Positions 29,693-39,352 of a stretch of 64,000 nt of DNA are shown piece by piece; positions within the stretch are counted from its first letter, which is position 1, and each line of letters starts with the position of its first letter. The stretch covers positions 96,256 to 160,255 of the forward strand of contig JAJYET010000001.1 of NCBI GenBank assembly GCA_021785655.1, in the 5' to 3' direction. This stretch comes from a bacterium. GTDB lineage: Bacteria; Chloroflexota; Dormibacteria; Aeolococcales; Bog-877. The position numbers were made by a program, and so were the translations under genes. The notes beneath the pieces are model-generated. The model was not told the DNA's origin, did not search any database, and saw nothing but the letters and a program-made list of their open reading frames with translations.

Positions 29693-31864
29693 TTGCGGTC
29701 CTGTGACCGCCCACACCGGCCTGCCCGCCTAGTCTCGGGGCATGTCCCGAGCGCAACCGAGGGCCAGGTGAGCGCCGCGGAGGCCCGCGCAGCTCCGGGG
29801 TGGAAGTTGTCCCGGCAGCTGCGCGGGGACTCGGCCGCGCGCGCGGCCGTGCTCCTGGGGGTGGTCGGCCTGGCCACCATCCCCCTCGACCGGCTGCCCC
29901 TGCCCGGCGGCGCGACCGGAGAGCAGATCTACGCCTCGGCCCTGGCCACGGGCTGCGGGCTGGTGAGTCTCCTGCTCTTCGAGGAGCAGCTGCTGGGCCG
30001 CCCCGGTTCGCGCCAGCTCGGCCTCTGCGGGACCTTCCTCGCGCTCACGGCGACGGCCGTCGCGTGGGCCACGTCGTACTCCCCAGGCGTACACCTGGGA
30101 CCAGGCCTCCTGTCCGCCCGGCTCGCCTGGTATCTCGCCCTGGCGGTCGGTCTGGCGCTCTCCCTCGCCACCCCCGGACGGCCGTGGGAGTGGGTCGGAA
30201 GGCGGCTCCGTCGCAGCACCCCGGGCTACGCCCTGGTGGCCGCAGCGATGGGCACCATCGTGGGTGGGATCGCGCTCCTGGCCACCATCCTGGTGAGCAG
30301 CGTCGGCCGCTTTGGCCCCAACGCGGACTCCAGCTGGCTCTCCCTGGCAGCCTCGGGGGTCCTTCTGACCATGGTCGTCGGGCGCTGGTCAAGCCTCAGC
30401 CCCACCGAGAGATGGACGCTCACCGCCGGGATCCTGGCGGCGGACGGCCTCCTGGTGGACCTGGCGGGGGGCGGGGGCGCCTCGCTGGGCGGCAGCCTGG
30501 GCTGGCTGGAGACAGCGGCCGGGGTGGGCCTCCTCATCGGGGTGCTCTCCTCCCACATGTACTCGGCTGAGCACCGGCTGCTCCTGCTGGAGACCGCGGA
30601 GCGAGACCTGCTGAGGCAGATGGCCCACGGGCCGGGAGGCGGCGCGGACCCGGCTGCAGCCGGGCAGCGGGTGTGCCGGGAGCTGGTCCGGCTGCGCGGC
30701 ATCACCGCGGCGCACGTGGTGGCGATCGGAGGGGACGAGGGGGCGGCTTCGGTCGCCTCGTACCCGCCCCAGCCGGAGGATTACCCAGCCCCGGTCGGCC
30801 GCCGGCTTCCGGAGCAGCGCTCGCGCGACCTCAGCGCCCGGGCCGCCGTGGGCCCGTGGATCGAGGGAACCGCCGCGGCCGCTCGTCAGGCTGGGGACCC
30901 CAGCCTGCGCGACTACTGGCTCACCTACACCCGGCTGGGGATCGAGGCCTTCGCCTACGCCCCGATCCACTACCGTGGGAGAGCGGTGGGCCTGCTGGTG
31001 GCCGGCGTGGGGGGGTGCGAGCCAGAGGCAGCCAGCAACCGGCTCCTGGAGCTGCTCCCCTCCCTCACCGACTTCGCCACGGCCCTGGCCGGGCCCATGG
31101 CGCCGCTCCTGGACCGGGGCACCGATGGCGGCCGCCTGGGGATCGCGGTGCGCCGGGCGCTCGCGGAAGGGGGCTTCTACCCGGTCTTCCAGCCGATCGT
31201 GGACCTGGCCGAGGGCGGACTGGTGGGCTACGAGGCCCTCACCCGCTTCGCTGGGGAGATGGCGCCAGACGCGGCCTTCCGGGCAGCTGCCCGGGCCGGG
31301 ATCCAGCGGGAGCTGGAGCTGGCCACCCTGCGCCGGGCGCTGCGGCAGGGGACTTCGAGGGTGCAGCCAGGGCAGTTCCTTTCCGTGAACATCTCGCCGG
31401 AGGTCCTGGTGGCCGCCTGCGCCGAGCTTGGCCGCCTCTTCCACAAGCGGCCGCGCGAGGTGGTGGTGGAGATCACCGAGCACAGCGAGGTGGCGGATTA
31501 TGACGAGCTCCGGAGCGCGGTGGCCCGCCTCGGGCCCCGGGTTCGGCTGGCGGTGGACGACGCCGGGGCGGGGTATTCCAGCCTCCGCCACATCCTGGAA
31601 CTGCGTCCGAGCTTCGTGAAGCTGGACCTCAGCCTGGTCCGGCGGATGGAGCAGGACCCCGCCCGGGAGGCGCTGGTGGCGGGGATGCAGCACTTTGCCG
31701 AGCGCAGCGGCTTCCGCCTGATCGCCGAGGGGATCGAGAGCCACGGGGAGCTGGCCCGGCTGCGCTCGCTGGGAGTCGAGCTGGGCCAGGGATACCTACT
31801 GGGGCGCCCGCTCCCGCTCGCCAGGGCGCGCCGCCTCCGGGTGCCGGCGAATCACTTAACTTAG
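29693..31864 (+). CDS. membrane-anchored GAF-like + EAL c-di-GMP phosphodiesterase (start uncertain)
   Basis: 7-8 TM N-terminus; FQPIVD, YEALTRF, SVNIS, VEITE, VDDAGAGYSSL, VKLD, AEGIE, QGY. Confidence 0.9.
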   Translation: MRSCDRPHRPARLVSGHVPSATEGQVSAAEARAAPGWKLSRQLRGDSAARAAVLLGVVGLATIPLDRLPLPGGATGEQIYASALATGCGLVSLLLFEEQLLGRPGSRQLGLCGTFLALTATAVAWATSYSPGVHLGPGLLSARLAWYLALAVGLALSLATPGRPWEWVGRRLRRSTPGYALVAAAMGTIVGGIALLATILVSSVGRFGPNADSSWLSLAASGVLLTMVVGRWSSLSPTERWTLTAGILAADGLLVDLAGGGGASLGGSLGWLETAAGVGLLIGVLSSHMYSAEHRLLLLETAERDLLRQMAHGPGGGADPAAAGQRVCRELVRLRGITAAHVVAIGGDEGAASVASYPPQPEDYPAPVGRRLPEQRSRDLSARAAVGPWIEGTAAAARQAGDPSLRDYWLTYTRLGIEAFAYAPIHYRGRAVGLLVAGVGGCEPEAASNRLLELLPSLTDFATALAGPMAPLLDRGTDGGRLGIAVRRALAEGGFYPVFQPIVDLAEGGLVGYEALTRFAGEMAPDAAFRAAARAGIQRELELATLRRALRQGTSRVQPGQFLSVNISPEVLVAACAELGRLFHKRPREVVVEITEHSEVADYDELRSAVARLGPRVRLAVDDAGAGYSSLRHILELRPSFVKLDLSLVRRMEQDPAREALVAGMQHFAERSGFRLIAEGIESHGELARLRSLGVELGQGYLLGRPLPLARARRLRVPANHLT

Positions 31865-31896
31865 GCTTGACAAAAAGATTTGTCCTGAGCTAAGCT
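31860..31896 (+). promoter_or_regulatory. sigma70 promoter with overlapping inverted repeat (candidate MarR operator)
   Basis: TTGACA (31867) - 18 nt - TAAGCT (31891); GACAAA-N4-TTTGTC inside CTTAG...CTAAG. Confidence 0.65.
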
Positions 31897-31946
31897 TTCT
31901 CCGAGGCCGGCCGTGGGGCCGGAGTAGTCGCGAGGTTCCCTCCCTG

Positions 31947-33605
31947 ATGGATTCGGTGCACCCCTCGGTCATGCTCTCCCAGCGCGCCCGCCTGGCCATC
32001 GTGGGCGCGGTGATGCTGGGGCTGTTTCTCTCGGCGCTCGACCAGACAGTGGTGGGCACCGCCCTCCCCACCATCGTCACCGACCTCGGGGGCAACAGCG
32101 TTTACGTGTGGGTGGTGACCGCCTACCTGCTCACCAGCACGGTCACCGTACCCGTGTACGGCAAGCTCTCGGACATCTTCGGGCGCAAGGTGATGCTGAT
32201 CATCGGGATCTCCCTCTTCCTGGTCGGCTCCGCCCTCTCCGGCCTCTCCCAGAACATGGGTGAGCTGATCGCCTTCCGTGGCCTCCAGGGACTCGGGGCC
32301 GGGGCCCTCTTCCCCATCTCCCTGGCGGTCATCGGGGACCTCTTCACCCCCCGGGAACGGGGAAAGTACCAGGGATTCTTCGGGGCGGTGTTCGGAGTCT
32401 CCTTCCTGGTGGGCCCCTTCCTGGGCGGGTTCATCACCGACAACATCAGCTGGCACTGGGTCTTCTACGTCAACGTCCCGATCGGGATCGTGGCCCTGGC
32501 GGTGATCAGCGCCATCCTCCCCAACCACCGCTCCGAGGGACCGCGGCCCAAGATCGACTTCCTGGGCACCGCGGTGTTCACCGCCGCGGTGGTCCCCCTC
32601 CTCGTGGGGCTCACCGAGAAAGGACTCACCAACACCGCCGGTCAGGCGGTGGGCTGGATCACCTGGCAGGTGGGTGGGCTGCTCGCCCTCTCCGCCGTCC
32701 TCGGCGTGGTCTTCGTCCTGATCGAGGCCCGGGTGCCGGAGCCGATCGTGCCCCTCGACCTGTTCCGGATCCGCACCTACTGGTCCTCCCAGGCGGCCAT
32801 GTTCCTGCTCTCCTTCGCCTTCTTCATCGGGGTGATCTTCCTGCCCCGCTACTACCAGGCGTCCCGCGGGATCAGCGCCACGGCCTCCGGCTACATGCTC
32901 TGGCCGCTCCTCCTGGGACTGATGGGCACCAGCATCCTGGCTGGGCTGGTGATCAGCCGGACCGGCAGGTACAAGTGGATGCTGGTAGGGGCGATGGTGG
33001 TCGCCGGGGTGGGCATGGTGCTCATGACCCAGCTCAGCGCCACCACCCCGGACTGGACCCTCTGGACCTGGATGCTGATCATGGGAGTGGGTATCGGGCC
33101 CTCGATGTCCGCCTACACCGTGGTGGTCCAGAATGCCGTGCCCCAGCGGCTGATTGGGGTGGCCACCAGCAACCTGACCTTCTTCCGGCAGGTAGGGGGC
33201 TCGATCGGGCTGGCCGTGGCCGGCACCTATCTGGCGTCCAGCTTCAGCTCCCAGCTGCCGAAGAACCTGGCCCAGGGCGGGGTGCCGTCCCAGCTGTACT
33301 CGCACTTCCGCAGCAACGGGGGCAGCAGCCTCACCGGGGTGGGCAATCTGGCGCTCCAGCTGCAGCACGTGCTCCCGGCCCCACTGCAGCACCTCATCCC
33401 AGCCATCGTGTTCGCCATCCACCAGAGCCTGGCCCAGGCCATCGGGGGAAGCTTCTGGCTGGGCGTGGGGGCCACGGCCCTGGCGGTGATCGCCAGCCTG
33501 TTCATGCGCGAGGTGCCGCTGCGCACCCACATGGGGGCCGCGCCGACGCCGGCGCCGGGTGCGGAGCCGGACGCGGAGGCGTCTGAGTTGGTGGCGGTGC
33601 ACTGA
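31947..33605 (+). CDS. DHA2-family (14 TM) MFS efflux transporter
   Basis: LSALDQTVVGTALPTI, YGKLSDIFGRK, FRGLQGLGAG, WHWVFYVNVPIG. Confidence 0.95.
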   Translation: MDSVHPSVMLSQRARLAIVGAVMLGLFLSALDQTVVGTALPTIVTDLGGNSVYVWVVTAYLLTSTVTVPVYGKLSDIFGRKVMLIIGISLFLVGSALSGLSQNMGELIAFRGLQGLGAGALFPISLAVIGDLFTPRERGKYQGFFGAVFGVSFLVGPFLGGFITDNISWHWVFYVNVPIGIVALAVISAILPNHRSEGPRPKIDFLGTAVFTAAVVPLLVGLTEKGLTNTAGQAVGWITWQVGGLLALSAVLGVVFVLIEARVPEPIVPLDLFRIRTYWSSQAAMFLLSFAFFIGVIFLPRYYQASRGISATASGYMLWPLLLGLMGTSILAGLVISRTGRYKWMLVGAMVVAGVGMVLMTQLSATTPDWTLWTWMLIMGVGIGPSMSAYTVVVQNAVPQRLIGVATSNLTFFRQVGGSIGLAVAGTYLASSFSSQLPKNLAQGGVPSQLYSHFRSNGGSSLTGVGNLALQLQHVLPAPLQHLIPAIVFAIHQSLAQAIGGSFWLGVGATALAVIASLFMREVPLRTHMGAAPTPAPGAEPDAEASELVAVH

Positions 33606-33606
33606 G

Positions 33607-34089
33607 ATGGCGACCCAGATCACGGCCCCGACGAAGGCGCAACGCCTCCTGCAGGCACAGGCCATGGAGGGCCTGGACCGCCTGGCGTGCAGGCAATGGA
33701 GGCAGGGGGCGGCCGCCCACTTGGACCGGAGCGGACTGTCTCTCCATCAGCTCCACCTCCTGAGGTCCCTGCAGGGCGTCGGGCCGCTCACCGTGGGGCA
33801 GCTGGCTGAGCGGCTTCAGGTCAGCATGCCCTCGGCCAGCCTGATGCTGGATCGGCTGGAGGAGCAGGGCCTGACGGCTCGGACCAGGGACACTGGGGAC
33901 CGGCGGCTGGTCCACGTCCAGCTCACCGAGAAGGGGGAGGCCGAGGTCCGCGCGGCGGCCGGATTCAAGCGTGAGGTGGTCGGCCGGGTGCTGGCCCACT
34001 TCAGCCAGAGCGAGCTCGAGTCCCTCGTCACCGTGCTGGGCGCCGTCGAGCGGGCGCTGGACGAGATACTCGCCGACCCTGTCCCCTGA
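33607..34089 (+). CDS. MarR-family regulator
   Basis: LTVGQLAERLQVSMPSASLMLDRLEEQGL, DRRLVHVQLTEKG. Confidence 0.92.
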   Translation: MATQITAPTKAQRLLQAQAMEGLDRLACRQWRQGAAAHLDRSGLSLHQLHLLRSLQGVGPLTVGQLAERLQVSMPSASLMLDRLEEQGLTARTRDTGDRRLVHVQLTEKGEAEVRAAAGFKREVVGRVLAHFSQSELESLVTVLGAVERALDEILADPVP

Positions 34090-34092
34090 TAC

Positions 34093-36003
34093 TCAGGCCC
34101 GGACCGCCCGGTTGCCGCCCCGGCGCTTGGCCGCGTACATGGCGGAGTCGGCCTCCTGCAGCAGCTTGGTCACGGTGCGGCCGTGGTCGGGGAAGGCGGC
34201 GATCCCGACCGACGCCGTGACCTTGGGGATGGCGGACCCCGGAGGCAGGGGAATGCGCGCCAGGCGAGTCCGCAGCTGGCGCGCCACCCGCCGTGCCCCC
34301 TCTGGCCCGGCGTCGTGGAGCAGGAGGACAAACTCCTCCCCGCCGTAGCGCACGGCCGCGTCCTCGGCCCGGATGGCCCGCTGCAACTCCAGGGCCACCG
34401 CCCGGAGCACGGTGTCGCCGGCCGCATGTCCGCAGCTGTCGTTGAGGTTCTTGAACTTGTCCAGGTCGATCATGAGCAGCATCAGCTGCCGTCCCGAGCG
34501 CTCCGCCAGCGCCAGTTCCCGCCTCCCAGCGTCCCGCAGCCAGCGGGTGTTGAGCAGGCCGGTGAGGGGATCGGTGATGGCGTGCTGCACCTGCTCGCTG
34601 TAGAGCTGGGCGTTCCGCCAGGCCGCCGCCGCCATGTGCACGATCAAGGTGGCCATGGTCAGCTCCCGGGCGCTGAAGGCGTCGCGGCGGAAGCGGGTGA
34701 CGTTGACCACCCCGAGGCGGTGGTCCCCGGCCACCATGGGGATCACCAGCATCGACTCGTCGTCGGGCGAGGTGCCCGGCACGTGGCCGGCCGCGGGGTG
34801 GGAGTCGGCGTCGTTGATCAGCTGGGGGGTGCCGAGGTCGAAGGCCCAGCCGGTGATCCCCGCGGAGAGCGGGAAGGAGTGCCCCATGACCCCGGCCACG
34901 TATGAGGGCTCGGAGTCGGAGCGGGCCAGGAGTGGTCGGAAGCGCAGAGCGTCCCAGTCTGCCTGGTACATCGCCAGGCCGTCGGACGGCACCAGCCGCT
35001 CCAGCTGGTCGGCCGCGGTCTCCAGCACCTGTTGGGGGTCCTGCTCCCCCTGGAAGGAGCGGGCAGCGTGGCCCAGCGCCTCGGCGAGCGGGAGCTCGGG
35101 CGCCGGCGCGTCCGAAGCTGGCTCGGAGACCGCCACCCGGAGCCGGGGGCCGCTGGCCACCGCCTCCTCCAGGCCCAACACCTCTTTGGGCAGCAGCAGC
35201 TCCTGCGCCCCGGGGCCGGCGACCACGGGCACTGCGCCGAACAGCGGCCCGTGCCCGTACTCGACTCCAAGGTCCAGGAGGCGATCCAGCTCGCCCCTGG
35301 TGGACACTCCGCCGGCAACCAGGATCGCCCCCGTGCCGTTGCAGAACTCCAGCAGGCCCCGCAGCGCCGCCGCCAGCCCTGGATCGTGCTCGACCCCCTC
35401 GACCAGACTGCGGTCCACATGGACCAGGTCGGGGTGGACCCGGGCCAGGACCGAGATCCGCATGCGCCCCTCCCCCACCTCGGCCAGGGACACCCGGTAC
35501 CCCCGGAGGCGGAGGTCCAGCGCCAGCTCCGCCGTGGGGGCGGCAACTTCGAACTCGTCCTGCTCGCTGAGCTGCCAGACAACGCTGGAGCGGAGGATGG
35601 CGTGCGCCTGCAGGTGTCGGCCCAGGAGCGCTCCCAGCCCGGGTCGGCTCCGCCGGCGAGCGGTGAGGTTGATGAGCACGCCGGCTGGGGCCAGCCTGCC
35701 GGCCACCCCCAGCTGGGCCCGGATCAGGGCGTCGTCCAGGGCCTCGGCGACTCCGTACGCATCGGCAGCGGCCCAGATGTCATCTCGGGACGGGAGGGCG
35801 TCGAGCCTCGGGAGCCGCCACCTGAGCTCGTAGGCGATCACCGCGCGGTCCTCGAGGCGCCGCAGCGGCTCCGCGGTGATCTTGAGGCCATCCGGCGCCA
35901 GGAGTTGGCGCAGCGCCAGCTCCTGGCCCTCTCCCGGAGGGGGGGTGGCTAGGGGCGCATCCCAGGGGCCGTCCCCGGGATCCCGGCTGAGAAGGGTGGC
36001 CAC
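34093..36003 (-). CDS. degenerate EAL - GAF - GGEEF diguanylate cyclase
   Basis: TDPLTGLLN, IDLDKFKNLND, RYGGEEF; N-terminal EAL fold lacks EAL/DDFG motifs. Confidence 0.9.
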   Translation of the reverse strand: MATLLSRDPGDGPWDAPLATPPPGEGQELALRQLLAPDGLKITAEPLRRLEDRAVIAYELRWRLPRLDALPSRDDIWAAADAYGVAEALDDALIRAQLGVAGRLAPAGVLINLTARRRSRPGLGALLGRHLQAHAILRSSVVWQLSEQDEFEVAAPTAELALDLRLRGYRVSLAEVGEGRMRISVLARVHPDLVHVDRSLVEGVEHDPGLAAALRGLLEFCNGTGAILVAGGVSTRGELDRLLDLGVEYGHGPLFGAVPVVAGPGAQELLLPKEVLGLEEAVASGPRLRVAVSEPASDAPAPELPLAEALGHAARSFQGEQDPQQVLETAADQLERLVPSDGLAMYQADWDALRFRPLLARSDSEPSYVAGVMGHSFPLSAGITGWAFDLGTPQLINDADSHPAAGHVPGTSPDDESMLVIPMVAGDHRLGVVNVTRFRRDAFSARELTMATLIVHMAAAAWRNAQLYSEQVQHAITDPLTGLLNTRWLRDAGRRELALAERSGRQLMLLMIDLDKFKNLNDSCGHAAGDTVLRAVALELQRAIRAEDAAVRYGGEEFVLLLHDAGPEGARRVARQLRTRLARIPLPPGSAIPKVTASVGIAAFPDHGRTVTKLLQEADSAMYAAKRRGGNRAVRA

Positions 36004-36048
36004 GGCCTGATCTTGGCAGCCGCGGCTCCGACCCGGTTCGCGTCCCGG

Positions 36049-36669
36049 TTACGGCTCTGTCGCCCCTGGTGAACCGCTGGGCAACGGCAGTCCCGGCCAG
36101 GCCAGCGTCATCTCCGAGAAGGCCAGATGGCAGATCACCACCGGCAGCAGCGATCCCGATCGGCGCCGCATCCAGGTGGTCACCAGCCCCAGGGGGATGG
36201 CGCCCACCACCAGCAGGGGGTTTTGGGTTGGGAGCTGGGCGGCGGCGTACCCCAGCGCCGATCCCCAGACCGGCCCGGTCTCAGCGATCCATCCCCCAGA
36301 TCTCCAGAAGAGCTCCTCACCGATCACAGCGGGGACGCTCAGCACCACCCGCGTCGGGGTGGGAGCGGAGCGGACGGCCCCCTGGAGCCGTCCCAGGGCG
36401 CTGGCCGCACGGGGGATGCGGCCGGCCAGCCCTGCCCCCGCCCGGACCCCCATGTGAAGGCCCGCACCCAGGCCCAGCGCCGCCGCAGCCCACCTCCAGC
36501 TCCAGCGCCAACTGGCGGTCCGGGCCCTGGGGGCCGCGCTGAGTCCGGCCAGCGTCAGGCCCAGGGTCATGACCGGCCAGAACCGCTGCGGGCGGCGCCG
36601 GGAGAGGCGAGCCGCCGAGGTGAGAACCAGGAGCCCGACAACCTCGCGCCCGGAAGGGCCAGATGTCAT
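36049..36669 (-). CDS. CPBP (Abi/CAAX) intramembrane protease-like protein
   Basis: GEELFWR, SGSLLPVVICH; multiple TM. Confidence 0.8.
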   Translation of the reverse strand: MTSGPSGREVVGLLVLTSAARLSRRRPQRFWPVMTLGLTLAGLSAAPRARTASWRWSWRWAAAALGLGAGLHMGVRAGAGLAGRIPRAASALGRLQGAVRSAPTPTRVVLSVPAVIGEELFWRSGGWIAETGPVWGSALGYAAAQLPTQNPLLVVGAIPLGLVTTWMRRRSGSLLPVVICHLAFSEMTLAWPGLPLPSGSPGATEP

Positions 36670-38108
36670 CGCCAGAGGGGCAGGCGGGGGAGCAGCCGGT
36701 CCACCACCGCCACTGCGGACTCGGCCAGGCTGAGGGCCAAAGCGCCGGTGAGGGACCCGGGATCAGGGGCGATGCCGGCCTCCCCCGGAGGCGTTTGGGG
36801 AAGGCCGAAGGTGAGGTCGGCGGGGAGCGTCCGGCGCAGCTCATCCGTCAGGAGCTCCCGCGCGCGCTCCAGTCGGCGCGCGTGCACTAGGGGCTGCCTC
36901 CCGGTGGTCCGGACCGAGCGGGCCGCCTCCGCCAGCCCGAGGACGGCCAGCGGCCGGTGCCCGCGCACCAAGAGGGAGTGGGCGAAGTCCCTCTCCATCG
37001 TGGCACGCTGAGCGAGCAGGGCCAGTTGGAACCGCTCCTCCGGTGACCTGGCCAGCGCCGCGGCGGCACTGAGCCAGGGAGCGTCGGCCGCGGCGGCCGA
37101 GAAGAGCCGGTCCAGGGCCGTCCAGACGCCGGGCGGGAGCCGCAGAGTTGGCACCGTCTCCCCGCCGGCCTGTCTGGCCGAGCTTCTCACCCGCGGCCGG
37201 CTGACCTCCGAGCGGTCGCCGGCTGCCGCCAGCGCCGCCACCAGGCCGGCGGCCACGTCCGGCACCACGCCGGGAGGCTTCACGAAGCCGTAAACGGAGC
37301 GGGGGTTGAAGCGGCGCCAGCCCTCTCCGCCGTCCACCGCGCCGATCCAGCCGACCATCCGAGCCATCTCATATGAGTCGTCGACGACCCGGGTCACCAG
37401 CGAGGCCCGGCGTTCCGCTCTCGAGCCCAGCTCCTGCGGCACCATCACCTCCACCCCCCCGTGTTGCAATCGGACCTGCACCGGGAGCGCCAGCGGCGCC
37501 CGGCTGGGCCGGTCCAGGAGCGCAAGGGCTGATGGCATCCCGTCCGCCAGCATCTGCAGCCCTGAGAGCTGCAGCCGGCCCGAGTAGGGTCGGCGCCGCG
37601 GCGGGCCGATGGGCGAGGGCGGGCGGCGTTCCTTGGGGAGGCTGAAGCGACCGACACGGTGCCTTCCCCACTCCTGCCCTCCGGCCGCACTCCAGATCTC
37701 CACGATCCGTACCCGGATCAGGACCCGCCGCCAGTAGTCCCCGTACAGTCGGCGCCAGAACGGGTGCTCCGAGCTGATCCCGAAGAACTCCCGCTGCGCC
37801 CCGGGGCCCCCCATGAGGCGGAAGAGCTGGGCCAGGTTCTGGGTGCCGTCACCCGAGTGCACGGTGGCCTCTCCCCGTATCACCACCGGGTCGCCCCCGG
37901 CGGACCAGCGCATCATCGCCACCCGGGGGTGGAAGCCAAGGTTGCGCACCTTGGAGGTGAAGCCCACGGTGGTTGAGGTCCAGATCTCTCCCTGTTCGGG
38001 CAGGAGCCGGGCGCCCACCGCCGCCCACACCGGGGTGCCCCAGGGGTTGAGGGTGACCAGGTCCCACTGCAGGAAGCGGTCCAGCCCCTCCAGCCGACTC
38101 AGCAACAT
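36666..38108 (-). CDS. hypothetical protein with N-terminal PNPOx-like split-barrel domain
   Basis: LVTLNPWGTP, SKVRNLGFHPRVAM, IRGEATV, RRVLIRVRI; a second barrel-like segment follows; ATG 38108. Confidence 0.68.
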   Translation of the reverse strand: MLLSRLEGLDRFLQWDLVTLNPWGTPVWAAVGARLLPEQGEIWTSTTVGFTSKVRNLGFHPRVAMMRWSAGGDPVVIRGEATVHSGDGTQNLAQLFRLMGGPGAQREFFGISSEHPFWRRLYGDYWRRVLIRVRIVEIWSAAGGQEWGRHRVGRFSLPKERRPPSPIGPPRRRPYSGRLQLSGLQMLADGMPSALALLDRPSRAPLALPVQVRLQHGGVEVMVPQELGSRAERRASLVTRVVDDSYEMARMVGWIGAVDGGEGWRRFNPRSVYGFVKPPGVVPDVAAGLVAALAAAGDRSEVSRPRVRSSARQAGGETVPTLRLPPGVWTALDRLFSAAAADAPWLSAAAALARSPEERFQLALLAQRATMERDFAHSLLVRGHRPLAVLGLAEAARSVRTTGRQPLVHARRLERARELLTDELRRTLPADLTFGLPQTPPGEAGIAPDPGSLTGALALSLAESAVAVVDRLLPRLPLWR

Positions 38109-38165
38109 CCCCTCAACGGTACGGGATATCCTCAAGACCGCACATGCCGCCGCTGCCGCCCACCA

Positions 38166-38660
38166 ATGCCTGAGGCCCGCGCGCGCCGCCTCATCCGAGC
38201 GGCCCCGGCACTGGTCTTCGACTTCATCTCGGACATAGACAACGCGCCCCGCTGGATGTTCGGGGTCCGCGAGGTTTGGGGTACCACACATCGACCGGTG
38301 CTCGAGGGCGACCGTCTGCACATCCGGCTGGTCGCCGGAGGCAGGCTGGCGGACAGCGAATGGGTGATCGGTCGGTGCGTCCCGCCCCGGCTCCTTACCA
38401 GCTCCGGCCAGGCGCTGGGGGCGACCGGCCGCCTAGAGGTGAGCTGTGGGGCTCAAGGACCTCAGCTCACCGAGGTCACCCAGCGGCTGGTCTACCAGCT
38501 TCCCGGGGGCCCGCTGGGGCTGCTTGCGGCGCGCTTCGGGGTGAGCGGCATCCTAGAGCTCCAGGCGCAGCGGTCGCTGCAGGCTCTCGCCGCCATCCTG
38601 GAGAAGGGAGCCTCCGGGTCCGGACGACCGGTCGGTGACCCGGCGCCGCAGAGGACGTGA
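38166..38660 (+). CDS. SRPBCC / polyketide cyclase-fold protein
   Basis: IRAAPALVFDFISDIDNAPRWM, YQLPGGPLG, C-terminal helix SLQALAAILE. Confidence 0.85.
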   Translation: MPEARARRLIRAAPALVFDFISDIDNAPRWMFGVREVWGTTHRPVLEGDRLHIRLVAGGRLADSEWVIGRCVPPRLLTSSGQALGATGRLEVSCGAQGPQLTEVTQRLVYQLPGGPLGLLAARFGVSGILELQAQRSLQALAAILEKGASGSGRPVGDPAPQRT

Positions 38661-39352
38661 GCAGCAAGGCCCCGGGCTGGTTCGTAGATCCGGTCGGCCC
38701 CCGGTCCGAGGACGACCCCCTCCTGACCTCGGGCCGGATCTTCGACCTGGTCCCCCCGGAGCCGGGCCGCGCGATGCTGCTGCCCCTGCTCGGCCGCCCC
38801 GGGGTCACCCTGGGACCGTCGCTGGGCCGCCGGAGCCAGGTGGTGGCCGCGATCTCGGCGATCCCGGGGATCGGGGAGGTCCGGCTCAGCCCCATCGGCG
38901 GCACGGTGGGACCGGGTGGCCCGGGATGGCTGTCACTCCTCTTCGCGGTGCGCCTGCCTCCAGGACTGCCCCGACCCCTGGACGAGGTCCTGGACCTCGT
39001 GAGCTCCTGGCTGGGCGATCGGCTGGGCGGGATCGACCTCCAGCGGGGGCGTGTCGCAGGAGCCTGGTGCCCGGGATTCAGCGACCTCGACGTGGCCGGG
39101 CGCAAGCTGGTGGGCGTGGGCTTCAAGCTCCGTCGGGATGAGGCCCTGGCCCGGGCGGTTATCTGCGTTCGGGCTCCCACTGACGAGGAGCTGGAGGCAC
39201 TTCATCGCTGCCACCTCACCTTCGGGGAGGGGGTGGCGGCCCAAAGCCTCACCTGCCTGGCAGACGTCCTGGGGCGACCGGGGATGACCCGGGAGGCGGC
39301 GATGGAACTGCTCGGCATCCCTGCCCCCCCGGCTGGGATGATTTTGGGATGA
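38657..39352 (+). CDS. BPL/LplA/LipB-fold protein, LipL-like
   Basis: GGTVGPGGPGWLSL, GAWCPGFSDLDVAGRKLVGVG. Confidence 0.7.
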   Translation: MSSKAPGWFVDPVGPRSEDDPLLTSGRIFDLVPPEPGRAMLLPLLGRPGVTLGPSLGRRSQVVAAISAIPGIGEVRLSPIGGTVGPGGPGWLSLLFAVRLPPGLPRPLDEVLDLVSSWLGDRLGGIDLQRGRVAGAWCPGFSDLDVAGRKLVGVGFKLRRDEALARAVICVRAPTDEELEALHRCHLTFGEGVAAQSLTCLADVLGRPGMTREAAMELLGIPAPPAGMILG

